A stretch of 64,000 nucleotides of DNA, taken from the NCBI GenBank assembly GCA_049515915.1, contig JBEKTP010000006.1:4865-68864 (forward strand). The letters are read 5' to 3'. Shown in pieces: positions 1-8,713 of the stretch; position 1 is the first letter of the stretch, and the number at the start of each line of letters is the position of its first letter. Position numbers and translations under genes: made by a program. Source of the stretch: Patescibacteria group bacterium. Lineage in GTDB: Bacteria > Patescibacteriota > UBA1384 > UBA12157 > JAENIV01. Below the pieces are notes generated by a model. It was given only the letters and a program-made list of their open reading frames with translations, made no database searches and was not told where the DNA came from.

Positions 1-63
1 CAAATAAATATCTTTTCATATTCTCTTAAAAAATTTGTATTTCGTGGTGGAGCGAAGCGAATC

Positions 64-258
64 ATGAAACAAAAAACAGTTAAATCAGCTCAAAAAAGAA
101 TCTCAAAAACCGGCCGTAATAAACTGCTGCGCCGCAAAATGTCGGCGCAGCATTTGAGTGCCGGAAAATCAAAAAGGATCCGTAGTGATGCCAGTAAAAC
201 TATCGCCGTATCAAAAGCCGATCGGAAAAGAATTAAAAGATTAATTCCAAATAAATAG
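64..258 (+). CDS. rpmI: 50S ribosomal protein L35
   Basis: 64-aa very basic protein (MKQKTVKSAQKR...). Size and composition match L35. Immediately upstream of rplT, the conserved infC-rpmI-rplT order. Confidence 0.8.
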   Translation: MKQKTVKSAQKRISKTGRNKLLRRKMSAQHLSAGKSKRIRSDASKTIAVSKADRKRIKRLIPNK

Positions 259-265
259 GTTAAAT

Positions 266-613
266 ATGCCAAGAGTAAAACGAGGAATAACAACTAAAGC
301 CAAACACAAGAGTTTACTGGCCAAGACCAAAGGCTTTCGTCATGGTCGAAAAAACTTAGTAAAAATGGCCCGTCAGGCCGATATCAAAGCCGGTCAATAC
401 GCTTACCGTGATCGTCGCAATAAGAAGCGCGATTTTCGCCGCCTTTGGATTACTCAAATCAATGCTGCCTGCAAACTCAACGATATTAAATATAGCGTTT
501 TTATCAATGGGCTTAAAAATAAAAAAATCGAGTTGGATAGAAAAGTTCTCTCATCAATCGCTCGGGAAAATCCCGAAGAATTTACCAAGTTAGTTAAAAA
601 AGTTAGAGTCTAA
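266..613 (+). CDS. rplT: 50S ribosomal protein L20
   Basis: 115 aa. MPRVKRG...KHKSLLAKTKGFRHGRKN...AYRDRRNKKRDFRRLWI is the canonical L20 N-terminus. Confidence 0.9.
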   Translation: MPRVKRGITTKAKHKSLLAKTKGFRHGRKNLVKMARQADIKAGQYAYRDRRNKKRDFRRLWITQINAACKLNDIKYSVFINGLKNKKIELDRKVLSSIARENPEEFTKLVKKVRV

Positions 614-624
614 ATAATAAGAGT

Positions 625-660
625 AGGCGCCCCGGTTTCCCAGAGCGCCTGCTTTTGTTT
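625..660. terminator. Bidirectional rho-independent terminator between convergent rplT and purC
   Basis: AGGCGC...GCGCCT stem followed by GCTTTTGTTT. Lies between the two convergent gene ends. Confidence 0.45.
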
Positions 661-669
661 GATCGTCCG

Positions 670-1563
670 TTATGTTCCGGTCAGCATCCGCTGGGCAGTT
701 TGATACCGCGATGATGTGGCGGCCACCACTTCGTCCGGCAAAGGCGGCATTGGGGGCTGCTTGTCCCAGCCGGTGCTTTCGAGATAGTCTCGCAACGGCT
801 GCTTGTCGAAACTACGCTGCGCTCTTCCAGGCAGCCAATCATCGACTGGCCAGAACCGCGACGAGTCCGGCGTCAGGACCTCGTCTACCAGAATCAATCG
901 ACCGTCATACCAGCCGAACTCGAGCTTGGTGTCCGCGATAATGATACCCCTTGTCCGCGCATAGTCAGCCGCCATCTCATAGACGGCCAGACTGCGATCC
1001 TCCATGAAGAGATACTCATCTTCGCCGACAATCTCTTTGGCCCGCTCAGGACTGATGTTTTCGTCATGAAGGCCGACCATTGCCTTAGTTGCCGGCGTCA
1101 GAATCGGTTGCGGCAGCCGGTCTCCTTCCTTAAGACCTCCTGGCAGCTGAATTCCGCAGACAGTTCCTGACTGCTGATATTCCTTTAAGCCGGAGCCGGC
1201 AAGGTACCCGCGAACAACACACTCAATCGGGACAACCTCCGCCCGCTTGACGATCATACTCCGACCCTTAAGCAGTTCAAGACGCGGCCGGAATTCGGCG
1301 GGTAGACTACTCAAATCTCGAGTCAAGAAGTGGTTCTCGACCACCTCTTGAGTAAGGGCGAACCAGAAGAATGACATCTCGGTGAGCACCCGACCCTTAC
1401 TTGGCACGGCTTTCAGCGCGACAACATCGAAGGCCGAGATGCGGTCAGTCGCGACGATGAGCAGTCTGTTTCCTTCCAGCGGATAAGTCTCACGGACCTT
1501 GCCGCGGAGCGGCCTTTTCGGAAACCATTCATCCGTCGTGTACAGCGTTTCCAACTTCTCCAC
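670..1563 (-). CDS. purC: Phosphoribosylaminoimidazole-succinocarboxamide synthase (SAICAR synthetase)
   Basis: 297 aa. LLIVATDRISAFD and the overall PurC architecture are present. Coding DNA is conspicuously GC-rich relative to its neighbours. Confidence 0.85.
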   Translation of the reverse strand: MEKLETLYTTDEWFPKRPLRGKVRETYPLEGNRLLIVATDRISAFDVVALKAVPSKGRVLTEMSFFWFALTQEVVENHFLTRDLSSLPAEFRPRLELLKGRSMIVKRAEVVPIECVVRGYLAGSGLKEYQQSGTVCGIQLPGGLKEGDRLPQPILTPATKAMVGLHDENISPERAKEIVGEDEYLFMEDRSLAVYEMAADYARTRGIIIADTKLEFGWYDGRLILVDEVLTPDSSRFWPVDDWLPGRAQRSFDKQPLRDYLESTGWDKQPPMPPLPDEVVAATSSRYQTAQRMLTGT

Positions 1564-1643
1564 CTCCCTTTAGCGAAGTATCGCAAAACAGATATCCACC
1601 AGATATCAATATTTAAGCACAAGAGCGCTGATACTTCAAGGGT

Positions 1644-2327
1644 TCAGTCCTTGATTTCTAAACCGTCATAGGCCAGGGCAAAACGCTTGTCACCGAGTTC
1701 ATTAACTAATTTTGACATTTCTTGATGGGTTTTCCGCGTGTGGCCGTTATGAGTAAAATAAATTTTTGATAAATTTTTTAAGGGTTTAACCGACACGATA
1801 ATTTCGTTCACCGAAAGATGGCCGCCAAAAGAGCGGCCTAAACTTGAGCCGTCTAAAATGGCCACTTGGGCTTCTTTAAGATATTTCATGGCGGAAGAAA
1901 GGGAGGAACTATCGGGAATATAGAGAAAATTATCAATTTCTAAGCCTACCGTCGGTAAAACCCGCGAATGTTCAACCCGAAAAGCATAAAATTCAATGCC
2001 AAAAAGTTTGAAATGCTGACCCGGGTTAATTCGAATGATTCGAATGTTTCGATTGGCTCTTAAAACATGCTTAAGGCCGCCAACATGATCCTCGTGCTCA
2101 TGGGTGATAATAACCGAGTCGAGATTTAAAATTTGAGAATTTTTCAGTTGCTTTAAAATATCCGGACCGGCATCAATCAGAATTTTTTTGTTAATTAAAA
2201 TTGAGGAACGAAGCCTTTTATCATGAGAGTCTTTCGAGGCACATTGAGCGCAATCGCAATCTTCGCGGGGAATCGACTCTCCGCTCGAGGTGCCCAAAAA
2301 TCTAATAATGACTTTTTCTTTTTTCAT
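1644..2327 (-). CDS. MBL-fold metallo-hydrolase, PhnP-like phosphodiesterase family
   Basis: HxHxDH motif (ITHEHEDHVGG). N-terminal GTSSG...CDCAQCAS resembles the structural Cys cluster of PhnP-type MBL enzymes. Confidence 0.55.
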   Translation of the reverse strand: MKKEKVIIRFLGTSSGESIPREDCDCAQCASKDSHDKRLRSSILINKKILIDAGPDILKQLKNSQILNLDSVIITHEHEDHVGGLKHVLRANRNIRIIRINPGQHFKLFGIEFYAFRVEHSRVLPTVGLEIDNFLYIPDSSSLSSAMKYLKEAQVAILDGSSLGRSFGGHLSVNEIIVSVKPLKNLSKIYFTHNGHTRKTHQEMSKLVNELGDKRFALAYDGLEIKD

Positions 2328-2332
2328 TCAAG

Positions 2333-2689
2333 TTATCTTTTTTTCTTTTTAAATATTTTAGAAGCACACGTCACGCAAAGACCGGCGGAGGGATAAGCTT
2401 TTAAGCGGCCTGGTTCGATTTCCTCACTACACTCTTCGCAAACGCCATATGTTCCCTTGTCAATTTTAGTAAGCGCTTTTTTAGTGTCTTTAACTAAGTT
2501 CCTGATATTTTTTTGCAACGATAAATTTTCTTGAAATTTTGCCAACTCCTGGACATTTTCATCCTCAGAAGTCCCATATTCGGGAAATTTTCTTGTCAGC
2601 TTATACTGTTCTTCCAGACGTTTGAGCTCTTTTGTTAAAATCGATTTCTGCTTGACCAAGAAAAGTTTATCCGAGAATTTTTTAAACAT
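2333..2689 (-). CDS. DksA/TraR-family C4 zinc-finger protein
   Basis: 118 aa, coiled-coil N-terminus plus C-terminal CEEC...CVTC four-Cys finger. Confidence 0.6.
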   Translation of the reverse strand: MFKKFSDKLFLVKQKSILTKELKRLEEQYKLTRKFPEYGTSEDENVQELAKFQENLSLQKNIRNLVKDTKKALTKIDKGTYGVCEECSEEIEPGRLKAYPSAGLCVTCASKIFKKKKR

Positions 2690-2819
2690 GGCTCTCCTTC
2701 TTTGATTGGTGACCTTCCGCTTTCAGCTTGATTATCTTTTTAAATAATCCGATTGTCAACATATAATTGAAAAAGAAGTTAGATTAAGCTAAAATAAATA
2801 AGAGTTAGACGATTCTTTT

Positions 2820-2893
2820 GGCCACTTAGCTCAGTCGGTTAGAGCGTCGCGTTCACATCGCGAAGGTCGACCGTTCAAGTCGGTCAGTGGCCA
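2820..2893 (+). tRNA. tRNA-Val (anticodon CAC)
   Basis: Cloverleaf: acceptor GGCCACT/AGTGGCC, D-arm GCTC..GAGC, anticodon stem TCGCG/CGCGA with loop TTCACAT, T-arm GACCG TTCAAGT CGGTC. Discriminator A, CCA not encoded. Confidence 0.85.
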
Positions 2894-2920
2894 CGGCTAA
2901 AAATTCTAGAAGGAGAAATA

Positions 2921-3730
2921 TTGAAATATATTCTCATTGCTTTGCTGAATGCCATTTACGGATTAATGACCTTGCAAATGTTGACCAAAGATACGCCAGG
3001 TTATTATATTATCTTTGTCATCGCGATCGTTTTAGCCTTCCTGGGTTTAGCCGGCATCGTTTTATACATCATAATGCTCGTTTCCAACGCTCGTCATCAA
3101 CCCCCCAGTACCGAGTTAATTAAAAATTGGTTTCAGTTTACAAAAAACATCGATATTGTCTTAATCATTGGTCTCCTTTTTAGAGCTTTTATCCTGCAGC
3201 CATATATCGTCGATGGAAATTCGATGGAGACTAATTTCCACAACAACGAATACGTTTTAGTCGATCAAATCACTTATCATTTCAGAGCCCCCCAACACGA
3301 AGAAACGATCGTCTTTCATCCCCCCGTTGATCCAAGTCTAAATTATATTAAAAGAATCATTGGCTTACCTGGCGATACGGTCGCCATTTCAAACAACATC
3401 GTCACCGTTAATGGCCATGTGCTGACTGAGAACTATATTTACCCCGGCAGTACTACCGAGACTTCCCAACCAAACTTTAGCGTTACTTTAAAATCCAACC
3501 AATATTTTGTCATGGGTGATAACCGCGATCATTCTTCAGATTCCCGAGAATGGGGAGTGGTTCCTAAGGAAAATATTGTTGGCCGAGCCTGGTTTGTCGT
3601 TTACCCGACAAAATATTTTGGGCTGGTCAAAAACCCAACCTTTAATTTAATGACTATGTCTTCCCCTTCGGCTATCCTTAATTCAATTTCATCCCGGTTC
3701 TCTTTGAATGCCCTTGTAAAATATGCTTGA
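2921..3730 (+). CDS. lepB: Signal peptidase I
   Basis: N-terminal TM segments, catalytic Ser in VDGNSMETN, Lys in YIKRIIGLPGD, GDNRDHSSDSREWG box. Annotated start may be too far upstream and the 3' end overlaps the next gene. Confidence 0.8.
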   Translation: MKYILIALLNAIYGLMTLQMLTKDTPGYYIIFVIAIVLAFLGLAGIVLYIIMLVSNARHQPPSTELIKNWFQFTKNIDIVLIIGLLFRAFILQPYIVDGNSMETNFHNNEYVLVDQITYHFRAPQHEETIVFHPPVDPSLNYIKRIIGLPGDTVAISNNIVTVNGHVLTENYIYPGSTTETSQPNFSVTLKSNQYFVMGDNRDHSSDSREWGVVPKENIVGRAWFVVYPTKYFGLVKNPTFNLMTMSSPSAILNSISSRFSLNALVKYA

Positions 3731-4331
3731 CCTCATTATCGCTAATTTGCGGAAAATCTTTATAGAATTGTCCGACGGCATAAAATTTCGGCTCAACAAT
3801 CAAAGTGACCACGGCATCAACTTTTTTTTGTAATTGGGCTAAGGTTGAGGGCGAAATCGCCGGTGTGGCAACAATGATTTGACGCGGTTTCAAAGTTTTT
3901 AATTCCATCACCGCAACTTGAACAGTCAGACCGGTGGCCACACCGTCGTCAACTAAAAAAACAGTTTTTCCCACTAGCGGAATTGCTGGTTTCTTGCCCC
4001 CGTACAGATTCTTGCGGCGGATAATTTCTCTTCGCTCTTTAATGGCTTGGGTAGAAATATAATAAGGATTGAATTCTTCGTTTGGGTTCAAAATAATTTC
4101 ATGTTCTGAAACGGCGCCAATAGCATATTCCGGATTAGCCGGATGGCCAATTTTTCGGGTCACGATTATATCGAGCGGCAAACTAAGTTTTTCGGCAATT
4201 TCTGCCCCGACAACCACTCCTCCTCTTGGCAAAGCTAAAACTATTCCGTTTAATATTTTCGGCATTTTATTTTGAAGTTCTTCGGCCAGCTTGCGGCCGG
4301 CTTGAATTCGATCCCGAAACATTATGACCAT
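3678..4331 (-). CDS. Phosphoribosyltransferase-domain protein
   Basis: PRPP-binding motif VFLVDDGVATGLT, ~217 aa. Confidence 0.6.
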   Translation of the reverse strand: MVIMFRDRIQAGRKLAEELQNKMPKILNGIVLALPRGGVVVGAEIAEKLSLPLDIIVTRKIGHPANPEYAIGAVSEHEIILNPNEEFNPYYISTQAIKERREIIRRKNLYGGKKPAIPLVGKTVFLVDDGVATGLTVQVAVMELKTLKPRQIIVATPAISPSTLAQLQKKVDAVVTLIVEPKFYAVGQFYKDFPQISDNEVKHILQGHSKRTGMKLN

Positions 4332-4381
4332 AACGATAAATATTTTATCACTTCTGGTATAATAAGAATAGAGAAAAATAC

Positions 4382-6577
4382 ATGAAAGAATGTTATTTAT
4401 ACAAAAAGGCTGGCGATTATGCCGACTGCCAGGCCTGCAACCACCGCTGTCATATTTCGCCGTTTAGGCGGGGAATTTGCGGTGTTCGAGAAAATCACGA
4501 CGGCAAACTCTACACTTTAATTTACGGACGGATTATTGCGGAAAATATTGATCCCATCGAAAAAAAACCTTTATACCATTTTCTGCCTGGCACCAAAAGC
4601 CTCTCCATCGCCTCGGCCGGATGTAATTTAAAGTGCCCCTGGTGCTTTCCTCCGAAAACTAAAATCCTAACCAATCATGGATTAATGGATATTGAAAACA
4701 TTTGCAAAAATCCTCATAACATATCAGTTATCTCCCATACAGGTCAAAAAAGAAAGATTAAAACTGTCTTTCAAAGATCGTATAATGGCAAATTAATAAA
4801 AATTAAAGCTGGCTTCCTCCCTCTAACTCTAAATTGTACCCCTAATCATCAAATTTATTTTGCTGAAAAACCTTTTAAAGATAAGGTTAAAAAGATATCC
4901 GCCGAAAATCTCATAAGTAATCGACATTATCTAGCGATCCCTAAGAAACATTCATTTTCACAAAATATTGTTCTGGACAATAAAGCAATCTTAGAGCAAG
5001 TATCAAATAAATTTAGGATATCTCACAAAATATCTTTTGGAGATACCAAAAAAATTCTTGAACTTTCTAAAAATCAAACGTCAAAACAAATAGGACGAAT
5101 TTTTAATCTTCATCCTGCTTATGTTAGAACTTTACGATCCAAATTGAATAAAGAGAGTTTAACAAAAGAAGATTATTACTGGGCAAATAATGTTTTAATT
5201 GAAAAAGATTCGCGTATACATTTCAAAACCGAAAAAAAACCTTATCTATCACGTTTTTTTGAATTAGACGAAAATTTGGCTTTTCTTTTAGGTTACTATT
5301 GTGCTGAAGGAAATGTTACCCAATGTAAGAATCGTCCAAATTCATATTCTTTACATTTCTCTCCGGGCAAACACGAAATAAAAAATATACAAATTATTAA
5401 AGAAAAATTTATAAAAGTGTTTGGTTTACCGCTTAAAACAACTCAACGTCGCACTACTATAGAATTAAGTAACAGTAAAACTTCTATCGCTATTATCTTT
5501 AAAATTTTATGCGGCCATAATGCAAAATTTAAAAAAGTTCCTCAAGAACTTTTTCGAGTACATAAGACGGTACTTCAAGCATTCTTAGAAGGATATATTA
5601 TAGGCGATGGTTATCACGATAAGCAAGGATTAACTGTAAGCAATACTGTGTCTAAAGAATTGGCTTTAGGATTATATGCACTTTGGTCAAAATTAGGATA
5701 CTTGCCTAGATTTTATGAATGGCATCCAAAACCTTTCAAAATAATTGAAAACCGAAAAGTCAATCAATCTATCCTTTACTATGTAAAAGTCTGGCAAGGT
5801 AAAAGAAAAATAAAATCTCGATACTACGAAGATGATAAATTTTTTTATGTCCCAATATTAAACGTTAAAAGAAAACAATATTCAGGGCTAGTATATAATT
5901 TAGAAATCGAAAAAGACCATTCTTACTTGGCTAATTTTGTTAGTGTCGGTAATTGTCAAAACTGGGATATTTCTCAATGTACCAAAGGAAATATTGACCG
6001 GGCGGAGTTTACTAACACTCTTGGGATTGAAATGGAGCCGGAACAAATTATCGAACACGCCAAGAAAGCTAAAACTCCTTCGATTTCCTATACTTATACC
6101 GAACCAACTATTTTTTTGGAATTTGCTTTGGATACGATGAAACTGGCCAAAAAAGCTAAAATTAAAAATGTTTGGGTCTCGAATGGTTATATGACCAAAG
6201 AAACTTTAGATTTAATCAACCCATATTTAGATGCCATCAATGTCGACTTAAAAGGTTTCAGCGAAGAAAACTATTTAAAATATTCCGGCGGCAAACTTCA
6301 GCCGGTTTTAGATAATATTCGCGATATCTATAAACGCGGCATTCATCTTGAAGTAACAACCTTAATTATTCCCGGTATCAATGACGATAAAAAACAATTA
6401 TCCGATATCGCGGCATTCTTGGTCTCAATCTCGCCTAAAATCCCTTGGCATATTTCACGATTCTTCCCAGCTTATAAAATGACTGATACGCCGATCACGC
6501 CCATCGAGACTCTCAAACTCGCTGAGGCCCTTGGCAAAAAGGCTGGTTTAAAGTATATTCATTTGGGAAATATATGA
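4382..6577 (+). CDS. AmmeMemoRadiSam-system radical SAM enzyme interrupted by an intein
   Basis: N-extein ...SIASAGCNLKCPW and C-extein CQNWDISQ... splice to CNLKCPWCQNW, a Cx3Cx2C motif. The remainder matches PFL-activase-like rSAM. Followed in operon by AMMECR1 and a LigB/MEMO-type gene. Confidence 0.8.
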   Translation: MKECYLYKKAGDYADCQACNHRCHISPFRRGICGVRENHDGKLYTLIYGRIIAENIDPIEKKPLYHFLPGTKSLSIASAGCNLKCPWCFPPKTKILTNHGLMDIENICKNPHNISVISHTGQKRKIKTVFQRSYNGKLIKIKAGFLPLTLNCTPNHQIYFAEKPFKDKVKKISAENLISNRHYLAIPKKHSFSQNIVLDNKAILEQVSNKFRISHKISFGDTKKILELSKNQTSKQIGRIFNLHPAYVRTLRSKLNKESLTKEDYYWANNVLIEKDSRIHFKTEKKPYLSRFFELDENLAFLLGYYCAEGNVTQCKNRPNSYSLHFSPGKHEIKNIQIIKEKFIKVFGLPLKTTQRRTTIELSNSKTSIAIIFKILCGHNAKFKKVPQELFRVHKTVLQAFLEGYIIGDGYHDKQGLTVSNTVSKELALGLYALWSKLGYLPRFYEWHPKPFKIIENRKVNQSILYYVKVWQGKRKIKSRYYEDDKFFYVPILNVKRKQYSGLVYNLEIEKDHSYLANFVSVGNCQNWDISQCTKGNIDRAEFTNTLGIEMEPEQIIEHAKKAKTPSISYTYTEPTIFLEFALDTMKLAKKAKIKNVWVSNGYMTKETLDLINPYLDAINVDLKGFSEENYLKYSGGKLQPVLDNIRDIYKRGIHLEVTTLIIPGINDDKKQLSDIAAFLVSISPKIPWHISRFFPAYKMTDTPITPIETLKLAEALGKKAGLKYIHLGNI
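4643..5953 (+). mobile_element. Intein (437 aa) with LAGLIDADG-type homing endonuclease domain
   Basis: Block A CFPPKTKILTNHGL starts at Cys (nt 4643). LAGLIDADG-like motifs LLGYYCAEGN and LEGYIIGDGYHD are present. It ends ...FVSVGN (Asn, nt 5951-5953) followed by Cys+1. Length is a multiple of 3. Confidence 0.75.
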
Positions 6578-7404
6578 ACTTGAATACCCGTATCGGAAAG
6601 TTAAAATTAAAAAATCCGATTATTTTAGCTTCGGGTACTTTTGACCGTGGTATTACCACAAAAATTGACATCAATAAATTAGGCGGATTGGTCACGAAAA
6701 CCATTACCCTAAAACCACGTGAAGGTAACCCTCTCCCTCATATTTTTAAAACACGCTACGGCTGGTTAAATAGTGTGGGGTTAAAAAATATGGGGTTAAA
6801 AAAATACCTGACAGAAGAATTGCCATTTTGGAAAAAGTATAACACCCAGATTTTCACCAGTATCGGCGGCGAGAATACCAGAGAATATATCAAAATTGCC
6901 AAATCATTGGAGAGTTTAGTATCTTCTCTCGAAGTCAATGTTTCCTGCCCTAATGTTGATGGATTATTTTTTGGTGCCGATCCTAGAAAACTCAAGAATC
7001 TTATTTCAGCAATCCGTAAAAATTTTAAAGGATTTATCGCGGTTAAATTATCCCCTAATGTTTCGGATATTATCTTACCGGCAAAAGTGGCCATGGCTGG
7101 CGGAGCCGATGCGCTCATCATCGCCAATACTTATTTGGGCTTAGAGCTTATTAAGTCAAAACCGGTCTTCCAGCAAGTTTTCGCCGGATATTCCGGCGGA
7201 GCGGTCAAACCCTTAACCATGAGGCTCGTCTGGCAAACAAGCCACGTTCTAAAATGCCCAGTCATTGCCAGTGGCGGAGTGGAAAACACCCAAGACGTCA
7301 TTGATTATTTGACCGCTGGCGCCAAGGCTGTCCAAATCGGCTCCGCTAACTTTTTAAATCCAAAGGTTTCTGTTAAGATAGTTGATGAATTACGAAGGAG
7401 ATAA
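6574..7404 (+). CDS. Class-1 dihydroorotate dehydrogenase-family TIM-barrel flavoprotein (PyrD-like)
   Basis: LKNPIILASGTFDRG N-terminus, active-site NVSCPNV, GG..N motifs. ATGA overlaps the stop of the rSAM gene. Confidence 0.65.
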   Translation: MNLNTRIGKLKLKNPIILASGTFDRGITTKIDINKLGGLVTKTITLKPREGNPLPHIFKTRYGWLNSVGLKNMGLKKYLTEELPFWKKYNTQIFTSIGGENTREYIKIAKSLESLVSSLEVNVSCPNVDGLFFGADPRKLKNLISAIRKNFKGFIAVKLSPNVSDIILPAKVAMAGGADALIIANTYLGLELIKSKPVFQQVFAGYSGGAVKPLTMRLVWQTSHVLKCPVIASGGVENTQDVIDYLTAGAKAVQIGSANFLNPKVSVKIVDELRRR

Positions 7405-8202
7405 ATGTCTTTAAATTTTGCCGCTATTTCGCCTCACCCGCCCATCATTATTCCCGAAATCGGCAGTAAAGAAGATTTGCAAAAAGTGTCACAGACTATT
7501 TTCGGCATGAGAAAACTGGCCAATCATTTTAGAGAAGCGGAAATAGACACGTTGGTCGTAATTTCGCCGCACTCCCTGATTTATCCCGACCGATTCAATA
7601 TTTGCGGCATGAAAAAACTCTTCGGCACCTTCGCCTCGTTCGGCACCCCAGATTTAATGATGGAGTTCAGTAATGATATTGATTTCGCTATTGAGTTGGA
7701 TACGGCCGCCAAAAAAAATAGTGTGGAAACCCTGCTCTACAATAATGACGGTGAGTTCTACGAGCTTGATCACGGCACCATGGTGCCGCTTTACTACCTT
7801 ACTCAAAATCAAGAATCGCCTTTAAAAATCGTTCCGGTAACCTACTCCGATCTGCCGCGTGCGGATCACTTTTCGTTCGGTCAAATTATTCGCGATGTCG
7901 CCGTTAAATATAATGGCCGAGTGGGCGTTTTGGCCTCCGGCGATTTATCTCACCGGCTCATTCAAAGCCCAGCTGGAAAAGAATTTGACGATAAACTCAT
8001 TCAAAACATAAAGGCCAGTGATACCAAGACAATTCTTTATTACGATGAAGATTTCGTCGAAAAAGCCGGGGAATGTGGCTATCGTTCGATTTTGATTTTG
8101 CTTGGCCTCTTAGACGGGTTGAAAACGAAACCTGAGGTTATTTCCTACGAAGGGCCGTTCGGCGTCGGTTATTTAGTGGCTAATTATATTTTAAAGGATT
8201 AA
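7405..8202 (+). CDS. LigB/MEMO1-superfamily (class III extradiol dioxygenase-like) protein, putative AmmeMemoRadiSam partner B
   Basis: 265 aa, AISPHPP...SPHS...His-rich LigB-like signature. Zero-gap operon position between the rSAM/DHOD genes and AMMECR1. Confidence 0.5.
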   Translation: MSLNFAAISPHPPIIIPEIGSKEDLQKVSQTIFGMRKLANHFREAEIDTLVVISPHSLIYPDRFNICGMKKLFGTFASFGTPDLMMEFSNDIDFAIELDTAAKKNSVETLLYNNDGEFYELDHGTMVPLYYLTQNQESPLKIVPVTYSDLPRADHFSFGQIIRDVAVKYNGRVGVLASGDLSHRLIQSPAGKEFDDKLIQNIKASDTKTILYYDEDFVEKAGECGYRSILILLGLLDGLKTKPEVISYEGPFGVGYLVANYILKD

Positions 8203-8206
8203 AAAA

Positions 8207-8713
8207 ATGAACCCGCCTGTTTCAACGGCTAAAAAGGCTATCGAAAATTACGTCAATTCTGGCCAAATCATTACGGTCGAAAACCCAGATCACCATCGAG
8301 CCGGCTGTTTCGTTTCAATTCATAAAAAGTCTTCCGGCGAACTTCGCGGTTGTATTGGCACAATTTTACCGGCTTGTAAAAATTTGTCTTTGGAAATTAT
8401 CAACAATGCCATTTCGGCCTGCCAAGATCCGCGTTTCGAGCCCATTACCCAAAAAGAGCTTGACGATTTGAATATTTCAGTTGATATTTTATCCGAGCCC
8501 GAGCCAATTGAATCGACGAAATCACTCGATCCCAAAAAATACGGCGTCATTGTTAAATCAAAAGATGGCAGAACCGGCCTGTTATTACCCGACTTGGATG
8601 GAATCGATGACGCGATGTATCAAATTGCCATCGCCCGCGAAAAAGCCGGCATTAGCGTCAACGAACCAATTTATCTTTATCGATTTACCGTCGAAAGATT
8701 TAAGGAACTATAA
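8207..8713 (+). CDS. AMMECR1-domain protein (AmmeMemoRadiSam system protein A)
   Basis: Hallmark ELRGCIGT motif, 168 aa. Confidence 0.85.
   Translation: MNPPVSTAKKAIENYVNSGQIITVENPDHHRAGCFVSIHKKSSGELRGCIGTILPACKNLSLEIINNAISACQDPRFEPITQKELDDLNISVDILSEPEPIESTKSLDPKKYGVIVKSKDGRTGLLLPDLDGIDDAMYQIAIAREKAGISVNEPIYLYRFTVERFKEL

Noticed and set aside
2887-3123. 78-aa plus-strand ORF
   Set aside because: Starts inside tRNA-Val and overlaps lepB in another frame. Spurious.
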